From Halobacteriales archaeon QS_8_69_26 (GTDB taxonomy: Archaea; Halobacteriota; Halobacteria; Halobacteriales; SW-7-71-33), in the NCBI GenBank assembly GCA_003023195.1, contig PXRX01000003.1:927-64926 (forward strand): a stretch of DNA of 64,000 bases, in the 5' to 3' direction. Below are positions 28,339 through 39,331 of the stretch, piece by piece. Within the stretch, counting starts at the first letter, position 1. Each line of letters opens with the position of its first letter. The notes under the pieces are model-generated. The model did no database searches, was not told the DNA's origin, and saw only the letters and a program-made list of their open reading frames with translations. The position numbers were made by a program, and so were the translations under genes.

Positions 28339-30306
28339 TCAGTCCCCGGCGGCGGCCGCGCCGTCGCCCTGGGCCCGCTTGCGGGTCCAGGAGAGCTTTC
28401 CGCCCAGCGCGAGCATGTCGCGTTCGCGCTCGGAGGCGTCCAGGCGGGCGGTGGCCTCCCAGTCGTCGTTGACGCGGATCGTGAACTCCTCCTTGCCGGA
28501 CTCGATGCCCTCGCGGAGGTCGTCGACGATCTCGACGTGGTCGCCCTGGTCGATCGTCTCGTAGGTGTCCTCGTCGATGATCAGGGGAACGAGGCCGAAG
28601 TTGAACAGGTTGGCGCGGTGGATCCGCGCGAAGCTCTGGGCGAGGACGCCCTCGACGCCGAGGTACATCGGGCACATCGCGGCGTGCTCCCTGCTGGAGC
28701 CCTGGCCGTAGTTCTCGCCGGCCAGCAGCCACCCGCCGTCGGCGGCCTTCGCCCGGTCGGGGAACGTCTCGTCGATGCGCGTGAGCGTGAACTCCGCGTA
28801 CTCGGGGATGTTCGACCGGAACTTCAGGGCGTCCGCGTTGGCGGGCGTGATGTGGTCGGTGGTGATGTTGTCGCCCATCTTGAGGAGGACGTCGGCCGCG
28901 AGGTCCGAGTCGAGGGGGTCCTTCAGCGGGACGTCCTTGATGTTCGGCCCCTTGATCAGTTCGTCGTCGACGGCCTCGTCGGGGTCGATGAGGTCGGCGT
29001 CCCGGCGGGTGTACTTGTCGCCCATCTCGAAGCCGGGGTCCTCGATGCCCATCTCCTCGGAGAGGTTCCGGGGGTCGACGATTTCGCCCTCGATCGCGGC
29101 GGCCGCGGCGACCTCCGGGCTACACAGGTAGACCTGGTCGTCGCTGATCCCCGACCGGCCCTCGAAGTTGCGGTTGAAGGTGCGCAGCGAGACCGAGTCG
29201 GAGGCGGGGACGTGGCCGATGCCGATGCAGGCCCCGCAGGTCGCCTCCGAGAAGTTGACGCCGGCGGCCATCATCTCCGCGACCCACCCCTCGCGGGCGA
29301 GCATCTCGCTGGCCTGCTTGGAGCCGGGCGCGACGATCATCTCGGTCTTCGGGTGGATCTGGCGGCCCTCCAGCATCTTCGCCGCCGGGAGGATGTCCTC
29401 GTAGGCACCGTTGGTACAGGAGCCGATGATGACCTGGTCGACGTCGGTGCCCTCCACTTCGGAGACGGGCACGACGTTGTCGGGCATCGACGGCTGGGAG
29501 ATCAGCGGTTCGATCTCCGAGAGGTCGACGGCGATTTCGTCGGCGTACTCGGCGTCGTCGTCGGGTTGTAGCTCGACGTACTCGTCGCCGCGGCCGAGCC
29601 GTTCGAGGAACTCCTCGGTCTTCTCGTCGGTCGGGAAGATGGAAGTGGTGGCACCGAGCTCCGTCCCCATGTTGGTGATGGTGGTGCGCTCGGGGACCGA
29701 CAGCGCGTGGGCGCCGGGCCCGGTGTACTCGAACACCTTGCCGACGCCGCCCTTGACCGAGAGGCGTCGCAGGAGCTCGAGGATGACGTCCTTGGCCGTC
29801 GCCCACTCCGGGAGTTCGCCCTCCAGGCGGACCTCGACGACCTCGGGCATCTCGAAGTAGTAGGGGCCACCGCCCATCGCGACGGCGACGTCGATGCCGC
29901 CGGATCCGATGGCGAACTCGCCCAGCCCACCCGGCGTCGGCGTGTGCGAGTCCGATCCCAGCATCGTCTTGCCGGGCGCGGCGAAGTTCTCCTTGTGGAC
30001 CTGGTGGCAGATGCCGTTGCCAGGTCGCGAGAAGTGCGCGCCGAAGGTCCCGGCGGCCGAGCGCAGGAACCGGTGGTCGTCCGTGTTCTTAAAGTCGAAC
30101 TGGTATGTCTGGTGGTCGCAGTACTGGGCGGCGAGTTCGGTCTGGACCTCGTCCAGCCCCATCGCCTCGAACTGCAGCCACACCATCGTCCCCGTCGTGT
30201 CCTGCGTGAGGACCTGGTCGATCTCGACCCCGATCTCCTCGCCTGGCTCTAGCTCGCCCTCGACGAGGTGGTCATCGAGGATCTTCTCCGTGAGCGTCTG
30301 TCCCAT
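28339..30306 (-). CDS. aconitate hydratase
   Basis: GNGICHQVH, GSDSHT, IGSCTN, CGACIG, TFNRNFEGR, GSSREHA. Confidence 0.93.
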   Translation of the reverse strand: MGQTLTEKILDDHLVEGELEPGEEIGVEIDQVLTQDTTGTMVWLQFEAMGLDEVQTELAAQYCDHQTYQFDFKNTDDHRFLRSAAGTFGAHFSRPGNGICHQVHKENFAAPGKTMLGSDSHTPTPGGLGEFAIGSGGIDVAVAMGGGPYYFEMPEVVEVRLEGELPEWATAKDVILELLRRLSVKGGVGKVFEYTGPGAHALSVPERTTITNMGTELGATTSIFPTDEKTEEFLERLGRGDEYVELQPDDDAEYADEIAVDLSEIEPLISQPSMPDNVVPVSEVEGTDVDQVIIGSCTNGAYEDILPAAKMLEGRQIHPKTEMIVAPGSKQASEMLAREGWVAEMMAAGVNFSEATCGACIGIGHVPASDSVSLRTFNRNFEGRSGISDDQVYLCSPEVAAAAAIEGEIVDPRNLSEEMGIEDPGFEMGDKYTRRDADLIDPDEAVDDELIKGPNIKDVPLKDPLDSDLAADVLLKMGDNITTDHITPANADALKFRSNIPEYAEFTLTRIDETFPDRAKAADGGWLLAGENYGQGSSREHAAMCPMYLGVEGVLAQSFARIHRANLFNFGLVPLIIDEDTYETIDQGDHVEIVDDLREGIESGKEEFTIRVNDDWEATARLDASERERDMLALGGKLSWTRKRAQGDGAAAAGD

Positions 30307-30483
30307 AACGTTCCGAAGTGGGCGCTCGCCGGATATAAATCCCCGGCGTTCACCTCCCCCGCCGGCTGGCGGTTTCGCAAAAGTTGCGGGATCGCGGGAC
30401 AGGGGCCGGCCGGCGGGGGCGACCGACTGCCATTCCACGTGGCCGGCCGGGAGCCTGGAGCGCCATGCCTCGATCCGGAGTGC

Positions 30484-30508
30484 GAAACAGTTTCACCTCC
30501 CGAAACAG
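30484..30508. promoter_or_regulatory. candidate operator GAAACAGTTTC plus a second half-site 18 bp downstream
   Basis: Palindrome upstream of the wHTH regulator. Confidence 0.5.
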
Positions 30509-30539
30509 ATATGGTCCGGTAGCGAGTACGACCGGGACG

Positions 30540-31307
30540 ATGAGCGGCGACGGCACCGACGAGGAGTTCGTGTTGGAACCGGTCCGGCGGGTCGAGGTGT
30601 TCAGGGCCCTGCTACGGGGTCCACGGACCCGGAGCGAGCTGGGGGAGACCATCGACGCCTCGCGGGCGACGCTCCACCGGATCGTCCAGTTCCTCGAGGC
30701 GAACGACCTGGCCCGCGAAACCGACGAGGGGATCGAGTTGACCTCGCTCGGGCGGGTCGTGGCGGGGGCGGTGACCGACTACGTGGACCGGGCGACCGAC
30801 GCGCGACGGCTGGCACCGCTGTTGAACGTGGTCGACCTGTCGTCGGTTCCCTTCGAGTTCGACCTCTCGCTGTTCGAGGACGCCACCGTGACCCTCCCGA
30901 AACCCGGCCAGCCACAGCGACCGGCCCAGCGCGTCATCGACATAATCGAGGAGGCGGACCGGGTCCGTGGCTTCGGACCGGTCGTGATGCCCATCTACGT
31001 CGAGGTGTTCCACCGCGAGATCCTCGACGGCATGGCGACGGAACTGATAGTCGGCCCGGACGTGGTCGCGGGTCTCGAACAGGCCTACGCCGAGAAGTTC
31101 GCCGAGGCCGCCGAGACGGGGAACCTCGACATGTGGATCCGCGAGGACCTCCCGTTCGGCCTGTTCATCACGCCGGGGGTCGTCGGCATCGTCGGCTACG
31201 ACGAGGACGACGTGCTCCGGGTCGTCGTCGACGCGGAGTCCGACCGACTCCACGAGTGGGCAGAGGACGTCTACGAGACCTACCGCGAGGACGCACAGAA
31301 GGTCTAA
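30540..31307 (+). CDS. haloarchaeal winged-helix transcriptional regulator
   Basis: RSELGETIDASRATLHR HTH; C-terminal LPFGL...WAEDVYETYR domain. Confidence 0.85.
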   Translation: MSGDGTDEEFVLEPVRRVEVFRALLRGPRTRSELGETIDASRATLHRIVQFLEANDLARETDEGIELTSLGRVVAGAVTDYVDRATDARRLAPLLNVVDLSSVPFEFDLSLFEDATVTLPKPGQPQRPAQRVIDIIEEADRVRGFGPVVMPIYVEVFHREILDGMATELIVGPDVVAGLEQAYAEKFAEAAETGNLDMWIREDLPFGLFITPGVVGIVGYDEDDVLRVVVDAESDRLHEWAEDVYETYREDAQKV

Positions 31308-31499
31308 CGCACCCGGCCGGATCCGACCCCCGTTTGCATCACCTCGATCCCGCGTTTCCTCCGGGTTCCGCCCATCGTTTTTCGCCGTAACTGACGACCC
31401 GTCCGTCCGTTTCTCTCCCGATCAGCGGTCCGAGCCCCCATTTCTGTCCGGAACCGTCGTCCCGACCCCCGTTTCGTCAGCGTCGGTGGAGAGTTCATT

Positions 31500-31546
31500 G
31501 AAACTGTTTTAGTGTATGAAATCGTTTTCTACTTCGAAACAATTTT
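31500..31546. promoter_or_regulatory. three GAAA(C/T)NNTTTT boxes at 18-bp spacing upstream of the subtilase
   Basis: GAAACTGTTTT 31500, GAAATCGTTTT 31518, GAAACAATTTT 31536. Confidence 0.55.
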
Positions 31547-31585
31547 AAGAATTGTCTCATTACCGCATCGCGGAGGAATCACGGA

Positions 31586-33321
31586 ATGTACGATCCCGAG
31601 CGAAGTGGAGCGACGATGCCGCGACGACGCGACGTACTGCGGGCGATGGGTGTCGCCGGAGCGGCGACCGTACTCCCGTTCCAGGCGGCCGCCAGCGAAA
31701 CCGTCGACGACGGCCTCTCGACGACGACGGACGACCTCCAGGAGGCACTGGTCGTGTTCACGTCGAACGACGCGGTCGACCGACTGCGACACCTGGACCT
31801 GGCGAACGGCTACCACAAGTTCGAGGTCCTCCCGATCGGGTACACGGAACTGACGGGCGACCAGGTCGAGACGGTGGCCGACTGGCCCGAGGTCCGGCGC
31901 GTCCGGGCGAACGAGGAACTGGAGTACTTCAACGACGACGCCCGGGCGACGACGCGTTCGGACCGGGTACAGTCCGAACTGGGCCACACCGGGGCGAGCA
32001 CCCACGCGGTGGTCATCGACAGCGGCGTCGACGGCGACCACCCGGACCTCCGCGACGACCTCGACGCCAACTACCGGTACGTGAACCCGCTGTCGTCCTC
32101 CGAGGACACGACGTGGGTCGAGGTGGAGGACCGCGACACCGACGACAACGGCCACGGGACCCACTGCTCGGGCTCTATCACCGGGTCGGGCGAGATGAGC
32201 GACGGCGAGTACCGCGGGATGGCACCCGACGCCGACCTCACCGTCTACTCGGCGGGGCTGGCGCTGTTCATCGTCAAGCCCGTCGCGGCCTACGACCACC
32301 TGCTGGCGCGGGTCCGGGACGGCGAGACCGACGTCCAAGTCGTCTCGAACTCCTGGGGCGCCACCGGCGGCCCGGACTTCGACCCCGACGACCCCGTCAA
32401 CGTCGCCACGTGGCACGCCTACCAGGAGGGGATCCTCCCGGTGTTCGCGGCGGGCAACGACGGCGCCGGCACGAACACGCTCAACCCGTACGCGCTGGCC
32501 CCCCACGTCCTGGGGGTCGGCGCGACCGACGACGCGAAGACGATCACCGACTTCTCCTCGCGGGGCAGGACGCCCGACTACGACGGTGCGAACAACTACG
32601 ACCGGAAGACGGCCCTCCGCAACCTCCGGAACTACTACGCGGCGGACAAGACCGACGAGGAGGTCGCTTCCGGGTCGTTCGCCGGGACCGTCGGCCCCGA
32701 CAGCAGCCAGTTCCACGAGTGGCAGGCCCCGAAGAAGGCCGGTTACGTCGAGGCGTCGCTCTCGTGGACGCCGAGCGCCGAGGACGTCGACGTCTACCTG
32801 CGGAAGGGGAGCACCGACGGCGAGGTCGTCGCCAGCGGCGCGACACTGAACGAACCCGAGACCCTGGCGGGCGCCGTCGAGGGCGGGACCACCTACTACT
32901 TCGAGGTCCGGCCGTTCGCCAACGTCGCCGCCGACTACACGGTCGAGTTCACCGGCTACGAGGGCGCCGACCGGAACATCGGGTCGACGGGCGTCTACCG
33001 CCCCGGCGTGGTGGCCCCCGGCGAACTCGTGATGAGTACCCTGAACCCGACCGATCCGCTCCAGGGCTACTACCAGGACGCCGAGACCTGGTACGGCCGG
33101 ATCAGCGGCACCAGCATGGCCTGTCCGGTCACCGCCGGCGTGGCGGCGCTCCTGTTCGACGCCCACTACCAGGTCAACGGCGAGTTCCCCGACCCCATCG
33201 ACGTGCTGAACACGGTCGAGGCCGAGGCCGAGGACGTCTACGTCGACTACACGCCCTGGAACGCCGGCGCCGGGATGGCGACTGGGCCTCGTTCGGCGAA
33301 GTGGACCTCGCCGACGACTGA
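31586..33321 (+). CDS. Tat-secreted S8 subtilisin-like protease with inserted PPC-like domain; frameshifted near the 3' end
   Basis: RRRDVL signal; VIDSGVD, HGTHCSG, AAGN, GTSMACP; probable native C-terminus GDWASFGEVDLADD* lies in another frame. Confidence 0.85.
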
Positions 33322-33394
33322 CGACCGGGATCCGTATCGATCGAGCAGTGACGAATTGGGAACCCTTTTCGTCTACGCGGTGGGGACTTGGCGT

Positions 33395-33874
33395 ATGTTC
33401 CGCTCCGGCGCGTTCGTTGCCGACCACGTCTCGCCCGTCAACGACGAACAGGTCCAGCCAAACGGGGTCGACCTGACCCTGGAAGCCGTCTTCGAACAGC
33501 GCGACTCGGGGTGGATCGGCCGCGACGCCAAGACCGTCGGCGACCGCCAGGCGGTCGAACCCGACGAGGTCGGCGAGCAGGTCCCCGAGACCTACTACCT
33601 CACCCCCGGGGGCTACGTCGTCCGCTACGCCGAGACCGTCTCGATCCCACGGGAACACGTCGGGTTCCTCTACCCCCGGTCGACCCTCCTCCGCAACTCC
33701 TGCATGCTCAACACCGCCGTCTGGGACGCCGGCTACGAGGGCAAGGGCGAGGGCCTGTTGCAGGTCCACAACGACGTCGCCATCGAACGGGGTGCCCGGG
33801 TGGCACAGCTAGTGCTGGCGGCCGCCGACCACCAGGGAACCTACGCCGGCGACTACCAGGGCGAGCACATCTAA
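33395..33874 (+). CDS. dUTPase / dCTP deaminase family protein
   Basis: QPNGVDLT, PRSTLLR, AVWDAGYEG, RVAQL, Y.G.YQ. Confidence 0.88.
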   Translation: MFRSGAFVADHVSPVNDEQVQPNGVDLTLEAVFEQRDSGWIGRDAKTVGDRQAVEPDEVGEQVPETYYLTPGGYVVRYAETVSIPREHVGFLYPRSTLLRNSCMLNTAVWDAGYEGKGEGLLQVHNDVAIERGARVAQLVLAAADHQGTYAGDYQGEHI

Positions 33875-33960
33875 ATCGGGTGCGAGCACCCGGACCGAGC
33901 GAACACGCGAACCGGGGATCGGCGAGCGATCACCGGTTCCGGGCCAAATCGCTCCCCCGG

Positions 33961-34040
33961 GCCGTCCGGTACCCGCATCGTTCCCGGATCACTCCTCCGG
34001 GCCGTCCGGTACCCGCATCGTTCCCGGATCACTCCTCCGA
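33961..34040. repeat. 40-bp direct tandem duplication covering the DHFR stop
   Basis: gccgtccggtacccgcatcgttcccggatcactcctccg(g/a) x2. Confidence 0.9.
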
Positions 34041-34547
34041 ATCGTCCGACGTCCGCACCCACTCCCGGAGTGTGAACCCGTCGTAGGGGACCTCCTCGGC
34101 GACGGTCCACTCCTCGTCGTCCCACTCGGGGTAGACGGTGTCGCCCTCGTACTCGCCGGGGACGTGGCTCAGCACCATCCGGTCGAGGTGGGGCTGGAAC
34201 AGTTCGTAGATCGCACCGCCGCCGAGGACGTAGGCGGTGTCTGCCCCGAGCGACTCGGCCACCTCGACCGCCTCCTCGACGTCCTCGGCGTGGTGGGCCG
34301 TCTCAGCGTCGAACTCGCGGTCCTCCCGGCTGAGGACGATCTGTGCCCGGCCGGGGAGGTCGTCGCGCATCGACTCGAACGTGTGCCGGCCCAGGATCAC
34401 CGGGTCGTCGGCGACCCGGGTGCGGTACTGCTCCCTGTCCTCGGGCAGGCTCTCCCACGGGATGTCGCCGTCCTTGCCGACGACGAGGTTGTCCGAGACT
34501 GCCGCCACCGAGACCAGTTCCATGCGTCCGGGTTCGGTCGCGCTCAC
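34029..34547 (-). CDS. folA: dihydrofolate reductase
   Basis: [36 protein letters not shown]. Confidence 0.92.
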   Translation of the reverse strand: MSATEPGRMELVSVAAVSDNLVVGKDGDIPWESLPEDREQYRTRVADDPVILGRHTFESMRDDLPGRAQIVLSREDREFDAETAHHAEDVEEAVEVAESLGADTAYVLGGGAIYELFQPHLDRMVLSHVPGEYEGDTVYPEWDDEEWTVAEEVPYDGFTLREWVRTSDDSEE

Positions 34548-34578
34548 TATAACGGATCGCCCGGGCGACTCGGGGAGG

Positions 34579-35868
34579 TCACTCCTCGCGGTGGTCGAAC
34601 ACCCGCTGGACCTTCCCGGTCTCGGTCCGGTCGATCACGCCGGGACCGACGACGTTGACCTCGTCGAGGGTGACGTTCAGGCGTTCCTCCAGGCGCCGTT
34701 CGATCAGGTCCTCCAGGTCGTCGTTCGACCCGTCGTAGTCCTCGTGGTGTTCGGCCGTGATCTCCATCGTGTCGAGGCTGCCCTCCCGGTAGAGGTCGAT
34801 CCGGTAGTGGGGCGCGACGTCCTCCAGGTCGACCATGACCTCCTCTATCTGGCTGGCGTAGACGTTGACCCCGCGGACGATGAGCAGGTCGTCGGTCCGC
34901 CCGGTGACGTTGTCCATCCGCCGGGCGGTCCGGCCGCAGTCGCACGTCTCCCCGTGGAGGCGGGTGATGTCGCCCGTGCGGTACCGCAGGACCGGGAGGG
35001 CCTCCTTGGTCAGCGTCGTGAGCACGAGTTCGCCCTCCTCGCCCGGGTCGACCGGTTCGCCGGTCTCCGGGTCGACGATTTCGGGGTAGAAGTGGTCCTC
35101 CCAGACGTGCAGGCCCTCCTGGGCCTCGACGCACTCCACCGAGACGCCCGGGCCGATGATCTCGCTGAGCCCGTAGATGTCGATGGCGTTGACGTCCAGT
35201 GCCCGCTCTATCTCGTCGCGCATCGGGTCGGTGAACGGTTCCGCACCGATGACGACCGTCTCCAGGGGCAACTCCCGGGGGTCGATCCCCCGCTCCTCGG
35301 CCGTCTCGGCGAGGTAGAGACAGTAGGAGGGCGTACACCCCATCGCGTCCGCCTCCAGGTCCTGGAGCATCTCGATCTGGCGGGCGGTGTTGCCCCCGCC
35401 GGTGGGGATCACGGTCGCGCCCAGTTCCTCGATGCCGTCGTGGAATCCGAGGCCACCGGTGAACAGGCCGTAGCCGTAGGCGTTCTGGAACGTCTCTCCC
35501 TCCTCGACGCCGGCGGCCGCGAGCGACCGGGCCATCACCTCCGCCCAGACCTGCAGGTCGCCGTCGGTGTAGGAGACGATCTTCGGCTTGCCCGTCGTCC
35601 CCGACGAGGCGTGGATCCGCCGCACGTCCTCGTGGTCGACCGCGAACAGGCCGTCGGGGTACTCGTCCCGGAAGTCCTCCTTCGTCGTGAAGGGGAGCTT
35701 CGAGACGTCCTCGACCCCCTCGATGTCCTCGGGGGTGATCCCCTTCTCCGAGAACTTCCGCCGGTAGAAGTCGACGTTCTCGTACGCTCGCTCGACCGTC
35801 TCCCGCAGTCGCCGGCTCTGGATCCGTTCCAGGCGCTCGCGGGACGCCCCCTCTATCTCGTGGTACAT
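34579..35868 (-). CDS. paaK: phenylacetate-CoA ligase
   Basis: [39 protein letters not shown]. Confidence 0.92.
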   Translation of the reverse strand: MYHEIEGASRERLERIQSRRLRETVERAYENVDFYRRKFSEKGITPEDIEGVEDVSKLPFTTKEDFRDEYPDGLFAVDHEDVRRIHASSGTTGKPKIVSYTDGDLQVWAEVMARSLAAAGVEEGETFQNAYGYGLFTGGLGFHDGIEELGATVIPTGGGNTARQIEMLQDLEADAMGCTPSYCLYLAETAEERGIDPRELPLETVVIGAEPFTDPMRDEIERALDVNAIDIYGLSEIIGPGVSVECVEAQEGLHVWEDHFYPEIVDPETGEPVDPGEEGELVLTTLTKEALPVLRYRTGDITRLHGETCDCGRTARRMDNVTGRTDDLLIVRGVNVYASQIEEVMVDLEDVAPHYRIDLYREGSLDTMEITAEHHEDYDGSNDDLEDLIERRLEERLNVTLDEVNVVGPGVIDRTETGKVQRVFDHREE

Positions 35869-36054
35869 ACGGTGGGAATTGTGTGTGGGCGTCACAAATA
35901 GTCTGCCCCCGATCGGACACGACGCCGCGCCCACGACCGGAGCAGGTCGTGCTCCCGCCGGTCGGATCCGGGACCGTGCTCCGCCAGTCAGTCGCCGCCC
36001 GTCCGGTCAGTCGTCGGCCCGATCCCGGTCCGGGCCGGTCCGGTCCCCTCCCGT

Positions 36055-36395
36055 CAGTGTCACCCCGAACCGCATCTCCGAGTCCAGTTCCTCGTAGCCG
36101 TAGTGGTGCAGGATCCGCTCGTGCAGACGGGACTCGATTAGCGGCGTGGGGAGGTGACGGAGGGCGATCGCTCCCCTGGATCGAACTCGACGGCGACCCG
36201 CGTCCGGTCGCCCTCGGCCGTGTCGCCGTCGAGGTCCCCGCGGTGGCGCTCGAACGTCTCCAATGCGGCCATCTCGCTCCGGCCAGTCGTCGCGAGCAGG
36301 CAGTCCCAGGGGACCGGGTCGGTCCAGCCCGGTTCCGGCGGACCGGCCGGGCCGGCGTCCTCGGACACGGTCGGATCACTCGCGAGGAGCCCCAA
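36055..36395 (-). pseudogene. possible degraded gene remnant
   Basis: 85-aa ORF whose protein-like continuation (PLIESRLHERILHHYGYEELDSEMRFG) lies in a shifted frame. Confidence 0.3.
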
Positions 36396-36494
36396 AAGAA
36401 GCGGGGTGGATGCGACCCAGGAGTTCCCGCCCGCGAGTTCCCGTCGGGCGTGCCCGTGGCGCTCGCCGGGGGCCCGGGGCCGTCGGACCCGCCC

Positions 36495-37334
36495 CTACCT
36501 GGTCCGTCGCCTCCCCGCACCCGAACGGTCGTCCGCCGGGGCGCGGGACTCCGGAGCGCTCGTGCGGACCCGCTCGTCGTAGACCTGGGCGAAGAGGTAG
36601 AAGCTCCCGACCCCGAGGAAGAAGTACGCGATCGGAACCAGTGGCTGAAGCAGGTAGCCGACGAGGAAGGCGGTCAGGAACCCGACGATCATCTGGATGG
36701 CGAAGGCCGCCCCAGCCACCAGCGCCCACGGCACTGCGTAGTCGGTCGTCAGCGCGACGCGCCGGAGCCGGTCGACGGAGAAGGCCGCCGAGAGGCTCCG
36801 GTCGTCGGCGTACGAACAGATGGAGACCGGGGCGAAGTAGGACATGACCACCGCGTAGGCCAAGTACAGGACCGAGATCACCAGAAAGACGAGGATGCCC
36901 AGGAGGCCGAGTGCGGCCCCGGCCGACTCCTCCGCGAGGGCCCCCGCCCCGCCGACCAGTCCGACGAACGCCACGAACCCGACCCCCACGAGCACGAACA
37001 GCGGGATGGAGTAGACGAGGTAGACGACCGTCCCGAAGAGACCGTCCTTCAGCAGTCCCCCCCAGTCGTCCAGCGCCGGCGGCTTCGTCTCCCCCGCGTA
37101 CGTCGACCGTACGATGCGGACGAAGTAGCCCAGCCACAGCACCCCGACCAGCAGTCCGACCGGGTACAGGACGAGGTTCAGGATCCCGAGGAACGGTATC
37201 AGTAACGAGAGGAACGCGATGACGACGCTGACGATGGCCAGTACGACCGGGACGCCGGCCATGACCGCGAACACCGTGACCGTGTCGTCCCCCCGGAGCG
37301 GGTAGTCGAGCAAGTCCCCGTATTCGACGCTCAT
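36495..37334 (-). CDS. DUF4013 family membrane protein
   Basis: YP..., GYFVRIVR......PP..DW..LLKDGL, AAFS. Confidence 0.8.
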   Translation of the reverse strand: MSVEYGDLLDYPLRGDDTVTVFAVMAGVPVVLAIVSVVIAFLSLLIPFLGILNLVLYPVGLLVGVLWLGYFVRIVRSTYAGETKPPALDDWGGLLKDGLFGTVVYLVYSIPLFVLVGVGFVAFVGLVGGAGALAEESAGAALGLLGILVFLVISVLYLAYAVVMSYFAPVSICSYADDRSLSAAFSVDRLRRVALTTDYAVPWALVAGAAFAIQMIVGFLTAFLVGYLLQPLVPIAYFFLGVGSFYLFAQVYDERVRTSAPESRAPADDRSGAGRRRTR

Positions 37335-37608
37335 GTTTCACGCGTTCGGCAGCATGATATAAAAATCAGACGCCCGGCGGACCGGTCCGCCAGTCCGTTC
37401 CCGGGGGTGGAAGCCCCGCTTCGCCGCCGTCGCTACCGGAGCACTTCGGACCGGATCCGTTCCCGGGTCGGGGCCGTCACCGCCGGCGGACGGGAGCCAC
37501 GATCCACCGCGGTCACCCCGGAGGCCGACGCCCGTCGGTGGCTGGAACCGGGTCCGACCGCGACCGGGTCGGGAATCTTTTTCCCGCTCCCGGGCGACGT
37601 TCCGGACG

Positions 37609-38568
37609 ATGAGCGACACGACCCTCGTCACTGGCGGCACCGGATTCATCGGTTCGTACGTCGCGCGGGACCTCGTCGACCACGGCCACGAGGTGGTCTG
37701 CTACGACCTCTCGACGGACACCCGGATCCTCGAGAAGCTCGGCGTAGCGGACGACGTGACCGTCCGACGGGGGGACGTCTCCGACCCCACGGACGTCGTC
37801 CGGGCCGTCCGGGAGACGGGCGCGAACAAGGTGGTCCACCTGGCGGCCCTCCTGACGAACTCGGCGCGGGACAACCCCCGGACGGCCCTCAGGGTGAACG
37901 TCGAGGGCACCAACAACGTCTTCGAGGCCGCCCGGACACTGGACGACCAGGTGGACCGGGTCTCGTGGGCCTCCTCGGCGGCGGTGTACGCCCCGCCGCA
38001 CAACTACGGCGGCGGGTGGGTCACCGAGGACGACCTCGTCTACCCGGACACCCTCTACGGCGCGACCAAGGAGTACAACGAACACCAGGCGCGGGTCTAC
38101 GCCGAGGACTACGACCTCTCGCTGGTCGGCCTCCGGCCGACGGTCGCCTACGGCCCCTACCGCGAGACGGGCGGGTCCGCGTTCCTCGCCAACGTCGTCG
38201 AGAGGCCCGCACTCGGGGAGTCGTTCTCGGTGGAGTACGGCGACCAGGTCATCGACTGGCAGTACGTCGAGGACATCGCCCAGGCGTTCCGCCTCGCCGC
38301 CGACGTCCCCGACGAGGACCGCTCCCAACGGGTCTACAACGTCCGCGGGACCGTCGCCACCATCCGGGAGGCCGTCGAGACGGTCCGGGAGATCGTGCCC
38401 GACGCCGACCTGGAAGTCAGCGACGAGGGCGAACTGCCCTGGACCCAGAAACTGGACATGACCGCCGCGAAGGAGGACCTGGGGTACGACCCCGAGTACG
38501 ACCTGGCAGACGGCTTCCGGACGTACATCAACACCCTCCGCGAGGCGCATGGGATGGACCCGGTCTGA
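37609..38568 (+). CDS. NAD-dependent epimerase/dehydratase
   Basis: TGGTGFIG, HLAA, SSAAVY, YGATK. Confidence 0.9.
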   Translation: MSDTTLVTGGTGFIGSYVARDLVDHGHEVVCYDLSTDTRILEKLGVADDVTVRRGDVSDPTDVVRAVRETGANKVVHLAALLTNSARDNPRTALRVNVEGTNNVFEAARTLDDQVDRVSWASSAAVYAPPHNYGGGWVTEDDLVYPDTLYGATKEYNEHQARVYAEDYDLSLVGLRPTVAYGPYRETGGSAFLANVVERPALGESFSVEYGDQVIDWQYVEDIAQAFRLAADVPDEDRSQRVYNVRGTVATIREAVETVREIVPDADLEVSDEGELPWTQKLDMTAAKEDLGYDPEYDLADGFRTYINTLREAHGMDPV

Positions 38569-38626
38569 GGGTTCGCTCTCCACCGGGGAGGTGAGAAACG
38601 CGGTCGGCCGGTGCAAAACGGTGGGA

Positions 38627-38836
38627 TCAGGTGCCACCCGGCCGAACGACCACCCACGCCCCCGCACCCAGTACGGCCAGCGTCAGCAGGACCAGGTAGA
38701 GAACGAGACCGACCCCCGGCGGGAAGACGGCCCCATCGATGCCGAGCGACGGGGCGACGGCGACTGCCACCAGTGGAACGGCCCCCGCCAGACCCAGCAC
38801 GGCGGCGACCCGGACGAGGGAGCCGGTGAAACCCAT
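38627..38836 (-). CDS. small two-TM membrane protein
   Basis: 69 aa, hydrophobic. Confidence 0.5.
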   Translation of the reverse strand: MGFTGSLVRVAAVLGLAGAVPLVAVAVAPSLGIDGAVFPPGVGLVLYLVLLTLAVLGAGAWVVVRPGGT

Positions 38837-38905
38837 CGTTCACCGTAGGGTGCCGGAACACATGCACCTGTCGAGCCATTGGAACCTTCGGCGGATCCCG
38901 CACCC

Positions 38906-39331
38906 CTACGCCCGGTCGTCACCCGGGTCGTCCGCGTCGCCCTCGCCGGGACGTTCCCCCGATACGTCGGTCTCCACGGTGTCGTCGTCCGCGACCGGTG
39001 GCGCGCCGTAGACGAACACCCGCCCGGCCTCGACGGCGGTGAGGGTCCGCCACGTGTCCGGCGGAACCACCACGACGTCCCCCGGTTCGAGGGGCACGGT
39101 CTCGTCGCCGGCCGCCAGTTCGAACCGCCCCGAGAGGACCAGGTACACCTCCTCCTGGCGGTCGTGTCGGTGGCGGCGACTCGACTCCCCGGCCTCGTAC
39201 TCCCAGACGTTCGGCCGGGACTCCTCGGGTCGTAGCTCGTAGCCGACCGCCCGCAATCCGGGTTCGATCCCCTCGACCTCCCGGAGTTCCAGGTCGTCGA
39301 TGCTGACCGTCGCGTACGGTTGCTCCGCCAT
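38906..39331 (-). CDS. cupin domain protein
   Basis: HRHDRQEEVYLVLSG...PGDVVVVPP. Confidence 0.85.
   Translation of the reverse strand: MAEQPYATVSIDDLELREVEGIEPGLRAVGYELRPEESRPNVWEYEAGESSRRHRHDRQEEVYLVLSGRFELAAGDETVPLEPGDVVVVPPDTWRTLTAVEAGRVFVYGAPPVADDDTVETDVSGERPGEGDADDPGDDRA

Noticed and set aside
31586-33874. Genuine evolved 762-aa protease-dUTPase protein
   Set aside because: A plausible native protease end lies in another frame and the second gene has its own start; treated as two genes plus a frameshift.
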